NCBI GenBank assembly: GCA_938074585.1 | Contig: CALJEW010000118.1 | Location: forward strand, 1-32,504 | DNA length: 32,504 nt | From: an uncultured Rhodospirillales bacterium | GTDB taxonomy: Bacteria; Pseudomonadota; Alphaproteobacteria; Rhodospirillales; Casp-alpha2 | Reading direction: 5' to 3' | Shown: positions 7,663 through 17,154 of the stretch, piece by piece | Layout: every line of letters starts with the position of its first letter | How positions within the stretch are numbered: position 1 is the stretch's first letter | Translations under genes and position numbers: made by a program | The notes under the pieces: generated by a model | Databases searched by the model: none | Told to the model about the DNA's origin: nothing | What the model saw: only the letters and a program-made list of their open reading frames with translations

Positions 7663-8955
7663 TTAGTCGGCGAAAGGATCTTGGACTAAAATTGTATCAT
7701 CGCGCTCTGGCGATGTGGATAACAAAGCAACCGGTGCTTCGATTAATTCTTCAATTCGGCGGATATATTTAATGCAGGTGGCGGGTAATTCAGCCCATGA
7801 CCGTGCACCTTCTGTACTTTCCGTCCAGCCTTCCATGATTTCGTAGATCGGCTCGACTTTAGCCTGTTTGGCTGTTGATGCGGGTAAGTGATCGTAGATT
7901 TTCCCATCAATCTTATAGCCCGTACAAACGTTTAAATTTCCAACACCGTCCAACACATCTAGCTTGGTTAATGCGATGCCATTAACGCCATTAATTTTAA
8001 CGGCTTGGCGAACCAAAACTGCATCAAACCAACCACAGCGGCGCGGGCGACCGGTTACTGTGCCAAATTCATGTCCGCGTTCACCCAACAATTGGCCAAT
8101 TTCATTTTTAAGTTCCGTTGGGAAGGGTCCACCGCCAACCCGTGTGGTATACGCCTTGGTAATGCCAAGAACGAAGTCGATCGAATTTGGCCCTAATCCA
8201 GAGCCAACGGCGGCTTGTCCTGCTACCACGTTTGAGGAGGTTACAAAAGGGTATGTGCCATGGTCAATATCAAGCATTGTGCCTTGCGCGCCTTCAAACA
8301 AAATCCGGTCGCCACGGCTTCGTGCTATGTCTAGATCTTTCCACACAGCCGCCGCATATGGTAAAACTTTCGGCGCAACTTCATGCAGTTGAGAGCGTAA
8401 ATTGTCACCAGAAACCTCATCCACCCCCATGCCCCGTAACAATGCGTTGTGGTGAAATAAAAGGCGCTCGATTTTATTATCAAGCTCATCCAAATCAGCC
8501 AAATCGCCCAAACGAATGGCGCGGCGAGCAATTTTATCTTCGTACGCAGGGCCAATACCGCGCCCTGTGGTCCCAATTCTTCCTTTTCCAGCGGTCTTTT
8601 CGCGGGCTAAGTCCAAATTCCGGTGAAGCGGTAAAATAAGTGTTACTTGTTCTGAAATTTTTAAGTTTTTAGGGCTAACAGCAACCCCTTTTTCGTGGAT
8701 GCTTTCGATTTCAGATAGCAAAGCCCACGGATCAAGAACAACACCGTTACCAATAACAGACGCTTTGCCGGGGCGTACAATGCCGGATGGTAATAAGCTT
8801 AATTTATAGACCACACCGTCAATAACCAGGGTGTGTCCTGCATTGTGTCCACCTTGAAAACGAACAACGACATCGGCACGTTCAGAAAGCCAATCGACAA
8901 TTTTGCCTTTACCCTCATCGCCCCATTGGGAACCGACAACTACTACATTAGCCAT
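7663..8955 (-). CDS. purA: Adenylosuccinate synthetase
   Basis: 430 aa. The N-terminus [21 protein letters not shown] (P-loop) and [14 protein letters not shown] are canonical PurA motifs. Confidence 0.95.
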   Translation of the reverse strand: MANVVVVGSQWGDEGKGKIVDWLSERADVVVRFQGGHNAGHTLVIDGVVYKLSLLPSGIVRPGKASVIGNGVVLDPWALLSEIESIHEKGVAVSPKNLKISEQVTLILPLHRNLDLAREKTAGKGRIGTTGRGIGPAYEDKIARRAIRLGDLADLDELDNKIERLLFHHNALLRGMGVDEVSGDNLRSQLHEVAPKVLPYAAAVWKDLDIARSRGDRILFEGAQGTMLDIDHGTYPFVTSSNVVAGQAAVGSGLGPNSIDFVLGITKAYTTRVGGGPFPTELKNEIGQLLGERGHEFGTVTGRPRRCGWFDAVLVRQAVKINGVNGIALTKLDVLDGVGNLNVCTGYKIDGKIYDHLPASTAKQAKVEPIYEIMEGWTESTEGARSWAELPATCIKYIRRIEELIEAPVALLSTSPERDDTILVQDPFAD

Positions 8956-8961
8956 TTCGAA

Positions 8962-10140
8962 TTAACCTTCCTGATCGGAGTTGAGTTTTACGATCTCATC
9001 ATTTTTTATCACATGAGTGCAGCGTAAACGCCGTGCTTCTAAATATTCATCTATCTGTTTTTCTAGCCCTGCAATAGCTGACCAGCCATAGTTGCGCAAT
9101 TTGCTTGCAGCATTTGGCGGAGTGCCAAAGGGCAGGTAAATACGGTTTTTTTCTTGGGGGCGGGGCAAGGCGCGTAAAATGGTATCCATAAACAATGTGA
9201 ACCCCGTTGCGGCTTCACCGTCGGCAGTTCCGTTTTCAGCCAGGTAACGCCCACCACTGCCAATTTCACCGCGTACACCGCGGGCAAAAAAGGTGAAGGT
9301 AACGCCGCAATGATATTCGAAGCCGCGATTTTCAACGGGATCAATGGTGATTTGACTATTTGGAGCTGCGGCTTTTATCAAATCAACAACCGTGTTCAAT
9401 GTTGCTCGCTCGGTCGAGGCTTCAGCGCCAAAATCCATGGTATTCAGCGCTTGCATGGTTTTATCAGCTCGCCCGGCAGCACTTAACAGCTCAACTAAAA
9501 GATCAGCGCTGGATTGTCCTATTTGGTCAAATAGACCCGCAACAGACGCCGCGTCTTTGCGATCTAAGGCAATGCGTAATTGAGCTTTGGCATCGCCTGA
9601 GATACTTAACTCGCGACAAAGTGCCGGCACCAACGTTGGGATGGCCAAGTCGACAGAAAGTCCTTCTACTCCAAGATCAGTTAAAGACTGAATAGCTAAT
9701 AAAATGACTTCGGCGTCGGCTTGAGCTTGTCCGGCACCAATGATTTCTGCACCGACTTGGGTGAATTGGCGCTCGGGGCGTAATTGCGTTCCTTTAACCC
9801 GTAAAACATCACCAGAATAACAAAGGCGTAAAGGCCGTTCTATTTTTTTTAGTCGCGTTGCTGCAATGCGTGAAATTTGTGGGGTCATGTCCGCGCGCAC
9901 ACCCATCATGCGCTGCGATACAGGGTCCATAATTCGGAACGTTTGCGATGCCATGGCCGTCCCTAAACCATCCAGCAAGCTATCTTCAAATTCAATCAAT
10001 GGGGGTTTGATACGCTCGTAGCCATTACTGCTAAATGCCGCCATTAACTGGTGAAGCGTCTCTGCTTCAAAGGTTGCGTCAGGTGGTAATACATCAGCCA
10101 AACCAGTTGGTAGAAGGGCCATCTTTTGTACTTCGGTCAT
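8962..10140 (-). CDS. hisZ: ATP phosphoribosyltransferase regulatory subunit (HisRS paralogue)
   Basis: 392 aa with a class-II aaRS-like core lacking the anticodon domain (LPTGLADVLPPDA..., FRIMDPVSQRMMGVRADMTPQISR, LRLCYSGDVLR). A strong RBS (AAGGAAGG) precedes the ATG. A 6-nt gap to purA implies one operon. Confidence 0.85.
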   Translation of the reverse strand: MTEVQKMALLPTGLADVLPPDATFEAETLHQLMAAFSSNGYERIKPPLIEFEDSLLDGLGTAMASQTFRIMDPVSQRMMGVRADMTPQISRIAATRLKKIERPLRLCYSGDVLRVKGTQLRPERQFTQVGAEIIGAGQAQADAEVILLAIQSLTDLGVEGLSVDLAIPTLVPALCRELSISGDAKAQLRIALDRKDAASVAGLFDQIGQSSADLLVELLSAAGRADKTMQALNTMDFGAEASTERATLNTVVDLIKAAAPNSQITIDPVENRGFEYHCGVTFTFFARGVRGEIGSGGRYLAENGTADGEAATGFTLFMDTILRALPRPQEKNRIYLPFGTPPNAASKLRNYGWSAIAGLEKQIDEYLEARRLRCTHVIKNDEIVKLNSDQEG

Positions 10141-10401
10141 GGTGACCTTCCTTGAGCTATGTGCATACGACAGATTAAAAAAAACGCATTTACTACGAAA
10201 TCAGCTGTTCGTAACGAAATTTGTCTGATTCTTCAAGCATCCCTCCGCACTTATACACAAGAATATGAGACACCACCCCATATCATTGTCTTATTTAAGT
10301 TTTTTCATCTCCATTTGTTCCCATCAGGTATGATTTTGTGGACATATTCAGGATTTATGTAGTTTCGTTTATTTACTAAGATGAATCGGAAATTGGGCGG
10401 T

Positions 10402-10596
10402 TTAAAACAATACAATCGATGCTTGGTATAAAACTCCGGATATTAACGCTCCCAAAAGAGACAGAAATATATACCACATAAGCAGTGGCTTTTTGGGCGT
10501 TGCAAATATGGCAATTCGGCGGGTACGCTGGTTACACCGCCAGCCGGCCAGGTTGCCGAATTCACTTAAATATTTTGAATCGTGATCTAATTTCAT
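10402..10596 (-). CDS. Possible small tail-anchored hypothetical protein. This is a doubtful call.
   Basis: 64-aa ORF with a C-terminal hydrophobic helix (LLMWYIFLSLLGALISGVLY). It is same-strand and downstream of the monooxygenase. I recognised no family and saw no clear RBS. Confidence 0.25.
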   Translation of the reverse strand: MKLDHDSKYLSEFGNLAGWRCNQRTRRIAIFATPKKPLLMWYIFLSLLGALISGVLYQASIVLF

Positions 10597-10632
10597 AAAG
10601 AACTGATTAAAACTAATAAATGCAATGAGTCG

Positions 10633-10654
10633 ACGATAACTCTAGAGTTATCGT
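10633..10654. repeat. 22-bp perfect palindrome spanning the monooxygenase stop codon
   Basis: ACGATAACTCTAGAGTTATCGT is its own reverse complement. About 0.01 such palindromes are expected by chance in 32.5 kb. It could fold as a 9-bp stem with a CTAG loop (terminator-like) or be a dimeric protein binding site. Confidence 0.5.
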
Positions 10655-12459
10655 ATTAAATCTTCATCCAAAGCTTTGATCTGTAGGCCTAAGAATTTAG
10701 AATTTATCCGACATTGAGCCAAGCTTCCGGCGATAAACCAAAGGCCTGTCTGGTTTGTGCGGCAGTACATATTGCGCAGTTCAAGCCCATCGCCAAAGCC
10801 CCATATGGGGCCAACCCGTTGGGCAACATTCTCACCAAATAACTGTTCGACCACCGCCTCTTGGGACTTGTACCCCGTGGCCAGAACAACCAAATCAGCC
10901 TCAAGTGAGGTACCGTCCCTAAGGGCTATGCCGGTTGTCGAAAACGTCTCTATTTGATCGTATTGAAGCAAGCCAACTTTGCCCTCGATTAACAAATCAG
11001 AGCAGCCGACGTTGAAATAATAACCCCCGCCGTGGGTTAAATATTTAAACTGCCAGCCTGTATTCTCATCACCATAATTGAGCTTAAAGCCAACCTTTTT
11101 TAGACCATCCAACATCACTTTATCAATTTCTGTGGTCTGCCTCGTGAACTCAACGTGTGCGCGGCGGGCTAAGGGAACGGGCATTGACAGAGCGATCAGG
11201 TCGCAATCATCAACGGATGGGCCTGAGTCGTAAAACGCGTAAGGCAACTGAGCGCTCGGTTCAATATCAACAATCATTGTTGAATTTCGCTGGATCATTG
11301 TAACATCAGCACCGTTTGAATGAAGGTCTTGGGCAATATCATGGCCGCTGCTTCCCGTGCCTAATACAAGAACCTTTTTGCCTTTCCATTGAGTGCCATT
11401 TTTATAGGTGCTGGAATGTTGAATGGTGCCTTTGTAATTTTCAATCGTTGGGATTTTGGGAATGTTTGCAATGCCACTAGCACCCGTTGCCATCACAATA
11501 TGTCGGGGCATAAGTGTGCGCGTGCTGCCATCTGATTTTTTTAAGTTAAGTTGCCAACGCTGCGCGGCGTCATCATATGCACCGTCGACCACTTCGGTAC
11601 CAGCCCAATAGTTCAATTCCATGGCATCGACATACGCTTCAAACCAATTGGCTAACATGTCTTTTGGAATGTAAGTGGGCCAAGTGGACGGAAAAGGCAT
11701 GTAGGGCATGTGGTTGACCTTAACTTGATTGTGCAAGGTCAACGAATGGTAGCGGTTGCGCCAGTTATCGCCAATGCGTTCATGCTTATCAACAATCAAG
11801 TTGTCGATTCCCAATTGTGTCAATCGGGCCGAAGTCGCCAAACCGGCTTGACCGCCGCCAATGATTACGACGGTTGGATCATGGTCCGCATAAGCTTTTG
11901 CGGCTTGGCGTTGGTCGAGCCAGTTCGGCCCATGGAAGCCGTCCGAATATGACTTTCCGGTTGGTCGGTTGGCTCCTTTTTTTTCTTCAAAGCCTTTTAG
12001 TTCTTCTAATGTGGTTAGGATCGTCCACGCTTTATAAGCGCCCACATCTGACGCGTCGGGGCACAAACGGACAATGCCACGATTTCGGCCCGTTTTGGTT
12101 TGAAACGTAAAAAAGGCTTCAATCGTATCGGTGCCAACGCGGCTGACTAAAGCGGGTGGGTTATCTAATTGATCAATTTTGAACTCAGTTGCCTCTGAGG
12201 CTATGAGGGCTGGGGCTAGAATGTCACAAATCTCGGCCGGGTTGCAATGTGTTTGTATGTCCCACGTCAGCGCCAAAGCATCGCGCCAGTAGCATTCGGA
12301 AAGAAATAGGGTTTCTAATTGTGTCGCGTCAGAGGCTGATTGCTCAAACTGATCAATCCAACTGTCCACAATTGCGTAATAGTCTGTTCTGCTCGCGTCC
12401 AAAACTCTACCTTCCTTAATGTACGTCAATATAACTTGAGGATTTTCATTACTTTGCAT
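10648..12459 (-). CDS. FAD/NAD(P)-dependent flavin-containing monooxygenase with a ~190-aa N-terminal extension
   Basis: 603 aa. It has a first Rossmann motif (VVIIGGGQAGLATSARL), an FMO-identifying-like motif (YKGTIQHSSTY) and a second dinucleotide motif (VLVLGTGSSGHDIAQDL). Confidence 0.85.
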   Translation of the reverse strand: MQSNENPQVILTYIKEGRVLDASRTDYYAIVDSWIDQFEQSASDATQLETLFLSECYWRDALALTWDIQTHCNPAEICDILAPALIASEATEFKIDQLDNPPALVSRVGTDTIEAFFTFQTKTGRNRGIVRLCPDASDVGAYKAWTILTTLEELKGFEEKKGANRPTGKSYSDGFHGPNWLDQRQAAKAYADHDPTVVIIGGGQAGLATSARLTQLGIDNLIVDKHERIGDNWRNRYHSLTLHNQVKVNHMPYMPFPSTWPTYIPKDMLANWFEAYVDAMELNYWAGTEVVDGAYDDAAQRWQLNLKKSDGSTRTLMPRHIVMATGASGIANIPKIPTIENYKGTIQHSSTYKNGTQWKGKKVLVLGTGSSGHDIAQDLHSNGADVTMIQRNSTMIVDIEPSAQLPYAFYDSGPSVDDCDLIALSMPVPLARRAHVEFTRQTTEIDKVMLDGLKKVGFKLNYGDENTGWQFKYLTHGGGYYFNVGCSDLLIEGKVGLLQYDQIETFSTTGIALRDGTSLEADLVVLATGYKSQEAVVEQLFGENVAQRVGPIWGFGDGLELRNMYCRTNQTGLWFIAGSLAQCRINSKFLGLQIKALDEDLIR

Positions 12460-13051
12460 TAAATGCTTGGTGCCCGATGTTTCGGCCTATGTTTTGAATG
12501 AGCGGCGGAATCATCTGTTTACTCAGTGAAATGCCTCCGCCTGCCCCCATATCTGCAATCGACCATGCCTGCCAATAGGTTTGACTGTTTTTGCTATTTG
12601 TAAGCGTCATATCTCGTTTGTACTGGCTGGCTATTGCAACCGCTTTTCGGGTGTCGTTACCTTTGTCAAGTAGGCCACCGGAGGCACTAGCGAAAACGTT
12701 CGCCCGAGCTTTGGTTCGTTCTTGGGAGCCCCGACTTGCTTTGGTTTCAAGAGAGAATATCTCGAGCTTTGATCCAGAATCCCAGTTGCCAATTTGATCG
12801 CGGGTTGAAAAAGATAAAATAAGAGATTCATTTGAGTCAATCGTATACCTGGATTTACGAAGCTGGATTTCACTTATTTTTTGCAAAACTAAATTATCAT
12901 TGGAATCGTTGAAGGGTTGAATTTGAATAGATTTTTTCTGGTGCAAGTTTTGAAGCGATAATGCGTTAATGTATCTGACTTTAGCGTGAGCGAAAGTCAG
13001 CGGGGCTAATACACAGAGTTTAAAGGATGAAAGTAGGTTTATAATTTTCAT
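12449..13051 (-). CDS. Hypothetical secreted protein
   Basis: 200 aa with the signal peptide MKIINLLSSFKLCVLAPLTFAHA|K (AxA cleavage). Its 3' end overlaps the monooxygenase start by 11 nt. I recognised no family. Confidence 0.55.
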   Translation of the reverse strand: MKIINLLSSFKLCVLAPLTFAHAKVRYINALSLQNLHQKKSIQIQPFNDSNDNLVLQKISEIQLRKSRYTIDSNESLILSFSTRDQIGNWDSGSKLEIFSLETKASRGSQERTKARANVFASASGGLLDKGNDTRKAVAIASQYKRDMTLTNSKNSQTYWQAWSIADMGAGGGISLSKQMIPPLIQNIGRNIGHQAFNAK

Positions 13052-13193
13052 AAATGCATCTATTCACAGTTTATTTTTTATCATACGAAGACTATGGGTT
13101 GCCGGGAAATTTTTTGAGAAACTTATATGTATTTGAAAACCAAATTAGGTGGATTGCAAATCAGATTATGTTTATCCAGTATCTTAGCTATAA

Positions 13194-14792
13194 TTGAAGG
13201 ACATTAAGGATTTTAAAACGTTGAGTAAAGTCAAACGCCGTAAAGGTGCTATTTCAGGCGGGCATCCCGATACGGTACGGGCTGCACAAATTACATTAGA
13301 AGAAGGCGGCAACGCGTTTGATTCAGTCATGGCGGCTATGGTCGCATCTAGCATTACTGAACCCGTTTTGTCTTCGATGGGTGGCGGTGGTTTTTTGATG
13401 GCGGCTCCAGCAGGCCAAGATCCGATTATCTATGACTTTTTTACGCAAACACCGGGTGCTCATGCCGCCAAAGATGGCCGCGACTTTCATCCCAATCTTT
13501 GTGATTTCGGAACTACCCAACAAGAGTTTCACATTGGCCGGGCATCGATTGCGGCACCGGGTGCCATAAAAGGTTTGTTTGAAGTTGCCAACGATTTAGG
13601 CCGCATGCCTATTCACCGTATCATCGAGCCAGCAATGGTATTGGCGCGTGAAGGGGTGACGATCAACGCGATGCAAGCCCGGATATTTCAAATCGTCAGC
13701 GGTATTTATATGTCGACGCCAGAAAGCCGGGCGATTTTTGCATCCAAAAACGATGTAGAGAAATTGATTGGCGAGAACGAGTTATTTACCAATGCCACTT
13801 TTGCAGATGCCATGGATGCGATTGCCCATGAGGGCGAAGATTTGTTTTATAAGGGTGAGATATCGACTCTTATTGATGCCGATTGCCACATGGGTGGAGC
13901 CTTGCGGCGTAAAGATTTGGAAACGTATCAAATCTATCGGCGCGCTCCTTTAGTCAGCGACTATCGTGGAGCTACATTTATTACTAACCCGCCCCCGTCC
14001 AGTGGTGGGCTGATGATCGCGTTTGCCATGGCTTTGTTGGAAGATGTGACATTTACAGACAAACCGTTTGGTAGTTTTTATTATTTGCAGGACTTGGCCC
14101 ATTTAATAGCGCTTACCAACCAAGTCCGAATTGAAGCTGAAATTTATCATCTCGATCCAGTTGATGCACATGATGTTTTACTCGATCCTGAATTGTTAGA
14201 TAAATATCGCGCTGAAGTTTTGGGTAGGCCATCCGCTCGGCGCGGTTCCACACATATCAGCGTTATTGATGTCGATGGTAACACGGCAGCTTTAACCATT
14301 TCAAACGGCGCAGGTTCTGGATATATCGTCCCAGATACTGGAATTATGATGAACAATATGCTGGGCGAAGAGGATATTAACCCACGCGGATTCCATAATT
14401 GGATAATCAATACCCGCATGAGCTCTATGATGGCCCCTAGCCTGCTTAGGGCTCCCGGTGGACAAGTTACGGCCTTAGGGTCTGGTGGCTCTAGCCGCAT
14501 CCGAACGGCTTTATTGCAAGTACTGATTAATTTAGTTGATTTTGCTATGCCCCTGGATCAAGCTATTCATTCACCTCGCATCCATATAGAGGGTACCCGT
14601 TTGGATGTTGAATACGGGTTCCGGCCAGAAGTCACGCTTGAGTTTGCAAATACGTTTGAGGGTGCAAAAATATGGCCCGAGAAGAATATGTTCTTTGGTG
14701 GTGTTCACGCGGTCGGCTACGATGGAGATCGAAAAGACATGTGGGCGGCGGGTGATCCGCGGCGTAATGGTTGTGCCGTGGTTTTGGATTAG
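13194..14792 (+). CDS. ggt: Gamma-glutamyltransferase family Ntn-hydrolase, with no obvious signal peptide
   Basis: 532 aa. It has the autoprocessing/nucleophile Thr context (RRGSTHISVIDVDGN), GSGGSSRI and FFGGVHAV. The start codon at 13194 is TTG. The next ATG would remove conserved N-terminal sequence (GHPDTVRAAQITLEEGGNAFD). Confidence 0.85.
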   Translation: MKDIKDFKTLSKVKRRKGAISGGHPDTVRAAQITLEEGGNAFDSVMAAMVASSITEPVLSSMGGGGFLMAAPAGQDPIIYDFFTQTPGAHAAKDGRDFHPNLCDFGTTQQEFHIGRASIAAPGAIKGLFEVANDLGRMPIHRIIEPAMVLAREGVTINAMQARIFQIVSGIYMSTPESRAIFASKNDVEKLIGENELFTNATFADAMDAIAHEGEDLFYKGEISTLIDADCHMGGALRRKDLETYQIYRRAPLVSDYRGATFITNPPPSSGGLMIAFAMALLEDVTFTDKPFGSFYYLQDLAHLIALTNQVRIEAEIYHLDPVDAHDVLLDPELLDKYRAEVLGRPSARRGSTHISVIDVDGNTAALTISNGAGSGYIVPDTGIMMNNMLGEEDINPRGFHNWIINTRMSSMMAPSLLRAPGGQVTALGSGGSSRIRTALLQVLINLVDFAMPLDQAIHSPRIHIEGTRLDVEYGFRPEVTLEFANTFEGAKIWPEKNMFFGGVHAVGYDGDRKDMWAAGDPRRNGCAVVLD

Positions 14793-14975
14793 CTCTCATT
14801 TACGCCCCAATAGATCAAAAATGAGAGGTAAATCGCTGTTGACGGGTAACCGTAGGCTCTGTACAACACCGCTCAACTGAATTGTTCCGTCGGATGCTTG
14901 TGCATAACGACGTGCGCCTTAGTAACATGATGATCCCAACCCGGCGCAAGAAATTAGCATTCGGCAAGAAATAAA

Positions 14976-17111
14976 ATGATAAATTTTGAAGGCGTTGCTC
15001 CGGCCCTTAGTCAGGCATTGGACAAACGTGGTTATACTGAACTGACTCCTGTGCAGCTTGCTGTGTTGACCCCTGAACTTAGAGACGTAGATGCCTTGGT
15101 CTCTGCGCAAACAGGATCGGGGAAAACCGTTGCGTTTGGAATGTCTATAGCGCCGACGTTATTGGGTTCAGACGAAAAGTTTGGCCGCGGTGGTCGTGCT
15201 ATGGCATTGGTTGTTGCCCCAACACGTGAATTGGCCTTGCAGGTTAAGCGCGAGCTAGAATGGCTGTTTGAGTTGACTGGAGCTAAAATTGCATCGTGCG
15301 TTGGCGGCATGGACATGCGGACGGAACGACGGGCTTTGCAACAAGGTGTGCATATTGTTGTAGGAACGCCAGGGCGTCTGCGTGATCACATTGAACGGGG
15401 TTCGTTGGAACTGACCAAAATTAAAGCCGTGGTTTTAGATGAAGCGGACGAAATGCTTGATTTGGGTTTTCGCGACGACTTGGAGTATATCCTAGGGGCT
15501 TCCCCTTCTTCGCGTCGTACACTGATGTTCTCCGCAACCGTTCCTCGCTCAATCGCCTCATTAGCAAAGCGCTATCAGCGCGACGCAATCCGGGTCGAAA
15601 CCACATCTGAGCGCGAGCAGCATATAGATATCGATTACCAGTCTTTGACCGTTGCGCCAAACGACCGCGAAAACGCAATTATCAATTTGCTTCGTTTCCA
15701 TGAAGCCAAAAATACGTTGGTCTTTTGCGCCACCCGCGCCACCGTCAACCATATGACCAGCCGCTTGAACAACCGGGGCTTTTCAGTTGTCGCACTGTCT
15801 GGTGAATTAAGTCAAAATGAACGGACCCATGCATTGCAAGCCATGCGCGATGGTCGGGCACGGGTTTGTGTTGCAACCGACGTTGCAGCGCGCGGCATCG
15901 ATTTACCTAACCTAGACTTGGTTATTCACGCCGATACTCCCAGAAACAGTGAAGCTTTGTTACACCGAAGTGGGCGTACCGGCCGGGCTGGGCGTAAAGG
16001 TGTTAGCGCATTAATCGTGCCCCACAATGCTCGGCGTAAGGCTGAGCGGTTGCTGAGCAATGCAAATATCAATGCCACTTGGATTAAGCCGCCATCGGTT
16101 GATGATATTGAAAAGCGCGACCGGGAAAGGATTTTTGAAGATCCAAGCTTGGTCGAGCCTTTGAACGATGTTGAAAAAGCTTTCGCCGAAGATCTTTTGG
16201 GTCGCCATAGTGCTGAACAGATTGCTGCGGCCTTTTTCAGGCGTGTTCAATCTGACAACCCAGCACCTGAAGAATTGATAGAGACAGGACCTTACAAAGA
16301 AGAAGCCAAAAAACCCCGCCGTGAAGATTTCAAGAACGGCGTTTGGTTCTTGTTGTCGGTTGGACGTAAAGACCAAGCAGAAGCACGCTGGTTGTTGCCA
16401 ATGCTTTGCCGAGCCGGACATATTACTAAAAATGAAATTGGCGCTATTCGCATTCATCAAACTGAAACGCATGTTGAGCTGGAACCCGGATGTGTCGATA
16501 AGTTTTTGGAAGCTTTAGGGCCTAGCTGCAAAGTCGAGAAAAATGTTGGTGTGACACGCCTTAAGGGCATTCCGGAAGCACCGAAAGAGCCGTTTAATCG
16601 CCTACGGCGCGACAAAAAACCCTATATAGAGAAAAGGTCCGAAGGACGCGATAAGCCTGCATATAAAGGCAAGTCTAATGGTAAGTCTAATGGTAAGTCT
16701 TATGGCCGTGTAGAAGGTTATAAACCAGAAGCGGGACCTAAATTTGGGCAAAAAAAGAAGTTTGACCATAAATCTGACACCCGTTCAGAAGAACGTAAAT
16801 TAGAAAGCCGCTCATCAAATAGCGATAGGCCTAAGTATGAAAAAAAAATGGGTGAGCGTTCGGAAGGACGTAAGACGGAAGGGCGCGGTACATTTGGTGA
16901 AAAGCAGAAATTTGAGAATAAACCACGTGATGGCTCACCTCTCGAACATGCTTGGGAAAAGGGTGATAATCAATCAAGTGATAAAAAACCTAAGAAAAAT
17001 AAAAAAAGTAAAAAAGCTAGATTTGAAGGTTTAGTAGCCAAAAGTCGCAGCGCAGATAGATCGGGGGCTGCTCCTTTGAAAAGAAATAAGCCTTCTAAAG
17101 GTCCGAAGTAA
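14976..17111 (+). CDS. DEAD-box ATP-dependent RNA helicase with a DbpA-type RNA-binding domain and a long basic low-complexity tail
   Basis: 711 aa. It has the Q-motif (TELTPVQ), motif I (AQTGSGKT), motif II (DEADEML), SAT, and motif VI (HRSGRTGRAG). A DbpA-like module (GVWFLLSVGRKDQAEARWLLPMLCRAGHITKNEIGAIRI) is followed by about 185 aa rich in K, R, E, G and S. Confidence 0.92.
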   Translation: MINFEGVAPALSQALDKRGYTELTPVQLAVLTPELRDVDALVSAQTGSGKTVAFGMSIAPTLLGSDEKFGRGGRAMALVVAPTRELALQVKRELEWLFELTGAKIASCVGGMDMRTERRALQQGVHIVVGTPGRLRDHIERGSLELTKIKAVVLDEADEMLDLGFRDDLEYILGASPSSRRTLMFSATVPRSIASLAKRYQRDAIRVETTSEREQHIDIDYQSLTVAPNDRENAIINLLRFHEAKNTLVFCATRATVNHMTSRLNNRGFSVVALSGELSQNERTHALQAMRDGRARVCVATDVAARGIDLPNLDLVIHADTPRNSEALLHRSGRTGRAGRKGVSALIVPHNARRKAERLLSNANINATWIKPPSVDDIEKRDRERIFEDPSLVEPLNDVEKAFAEDLLGRHSAEQIAAAFFRRVQSDNPAPEELIETGPYKEEAKKPRREDFKNGVWFLLSVGRKDQAEARWLLPMLCRAGHITKNEIGAIRIHQTETHVELEPGCVDKFLEALGPSCKVEKNVGVTRLKGIPEAPKEPFNRLRRDKKPYIEKRSEGRDKPAYKGKSNGKSNGKSYGRVEGYKPEAGPKFGQKKKFDHKSDTRSEERKLESRSSNSDRPKYEKKMGERSEGRKTEGRGTFGEKQKFENKPRDGSPLEHAWEKGDNQSSDKKPKKNKKSKKARFEGLVAKSRSADRSGAAPLKRNKPSKGPK
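16681..16716 (+). repeat. 12-bp in-frame tandem repeat (about 3 copies) inside the helicase tail
   Basis: aagtctaatggt aagtctaatggt aagtcttatggc, encoding KSNG KSNG KSYG. Confidence 0.8.
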
Positions 17112-17154
17112 GTTTTGTAATGGGCTTAAGCTAAAAAATTGATAACATTTCGTT

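Noticed and set aside
7964-8639. 142-aa and 150-aa plus-strand ORFs inside purA, and similar long antisense ORFs at 16011-16472, 22874-23254, 23627-23920, 24548-24877, 27670-27972, 28953-29309, 29315-29620 and 29768-30202
   Set aside because: All are antisense to strongly conserved housekeeping genes (purA, helicase, topA, plsY, pyrC, pyrB). Their composition is typical of shadow frames (Pro/Arg/Ser-rich) and they carry no family signatures.
10629-10647. GTCGAC (SalI) and TCTAGA (XbaI) sites close together, which looks superficially like a cloning-vector polylinker
   Set aside because: The spacing and intervening sequence do not match any polylinker I know. The XbaI site is simply the centre of the 22-bp palindrome. 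The flanking sequence is continuous native coding DNA.
14802-14812. 11-mer CGCCCCAATAG shared between the ggt 3' region and the topA leader (25540-25550), considered as a dispersed motif
   Set aside because: Exact 11-mer repeats are expected many times by chance among about 10^9 position pairs in a 32.5-kb window on two strands. The flanks do not extend the match.
14793-14827. 9-bp inverted repeat CTCTCATTT...AAATGAGAG just after the ggt stop, considered as a possible terminator
   Set aside because: It has an AT-rich 9-bp stem with a 17-nt loop and no following T-tract. Stems of this size are expected by chance several times in 32 kb, so I did not list it as a feature.
17117-17140. GCTTAAGC palindrome plus an A-run after the helicase stop, considered as a terminator
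   Set aside because: An 8-bp palindrome with no loop cannot form a meaningful hairpin, and the polarity of the A/T run is wrong for the plus strand.
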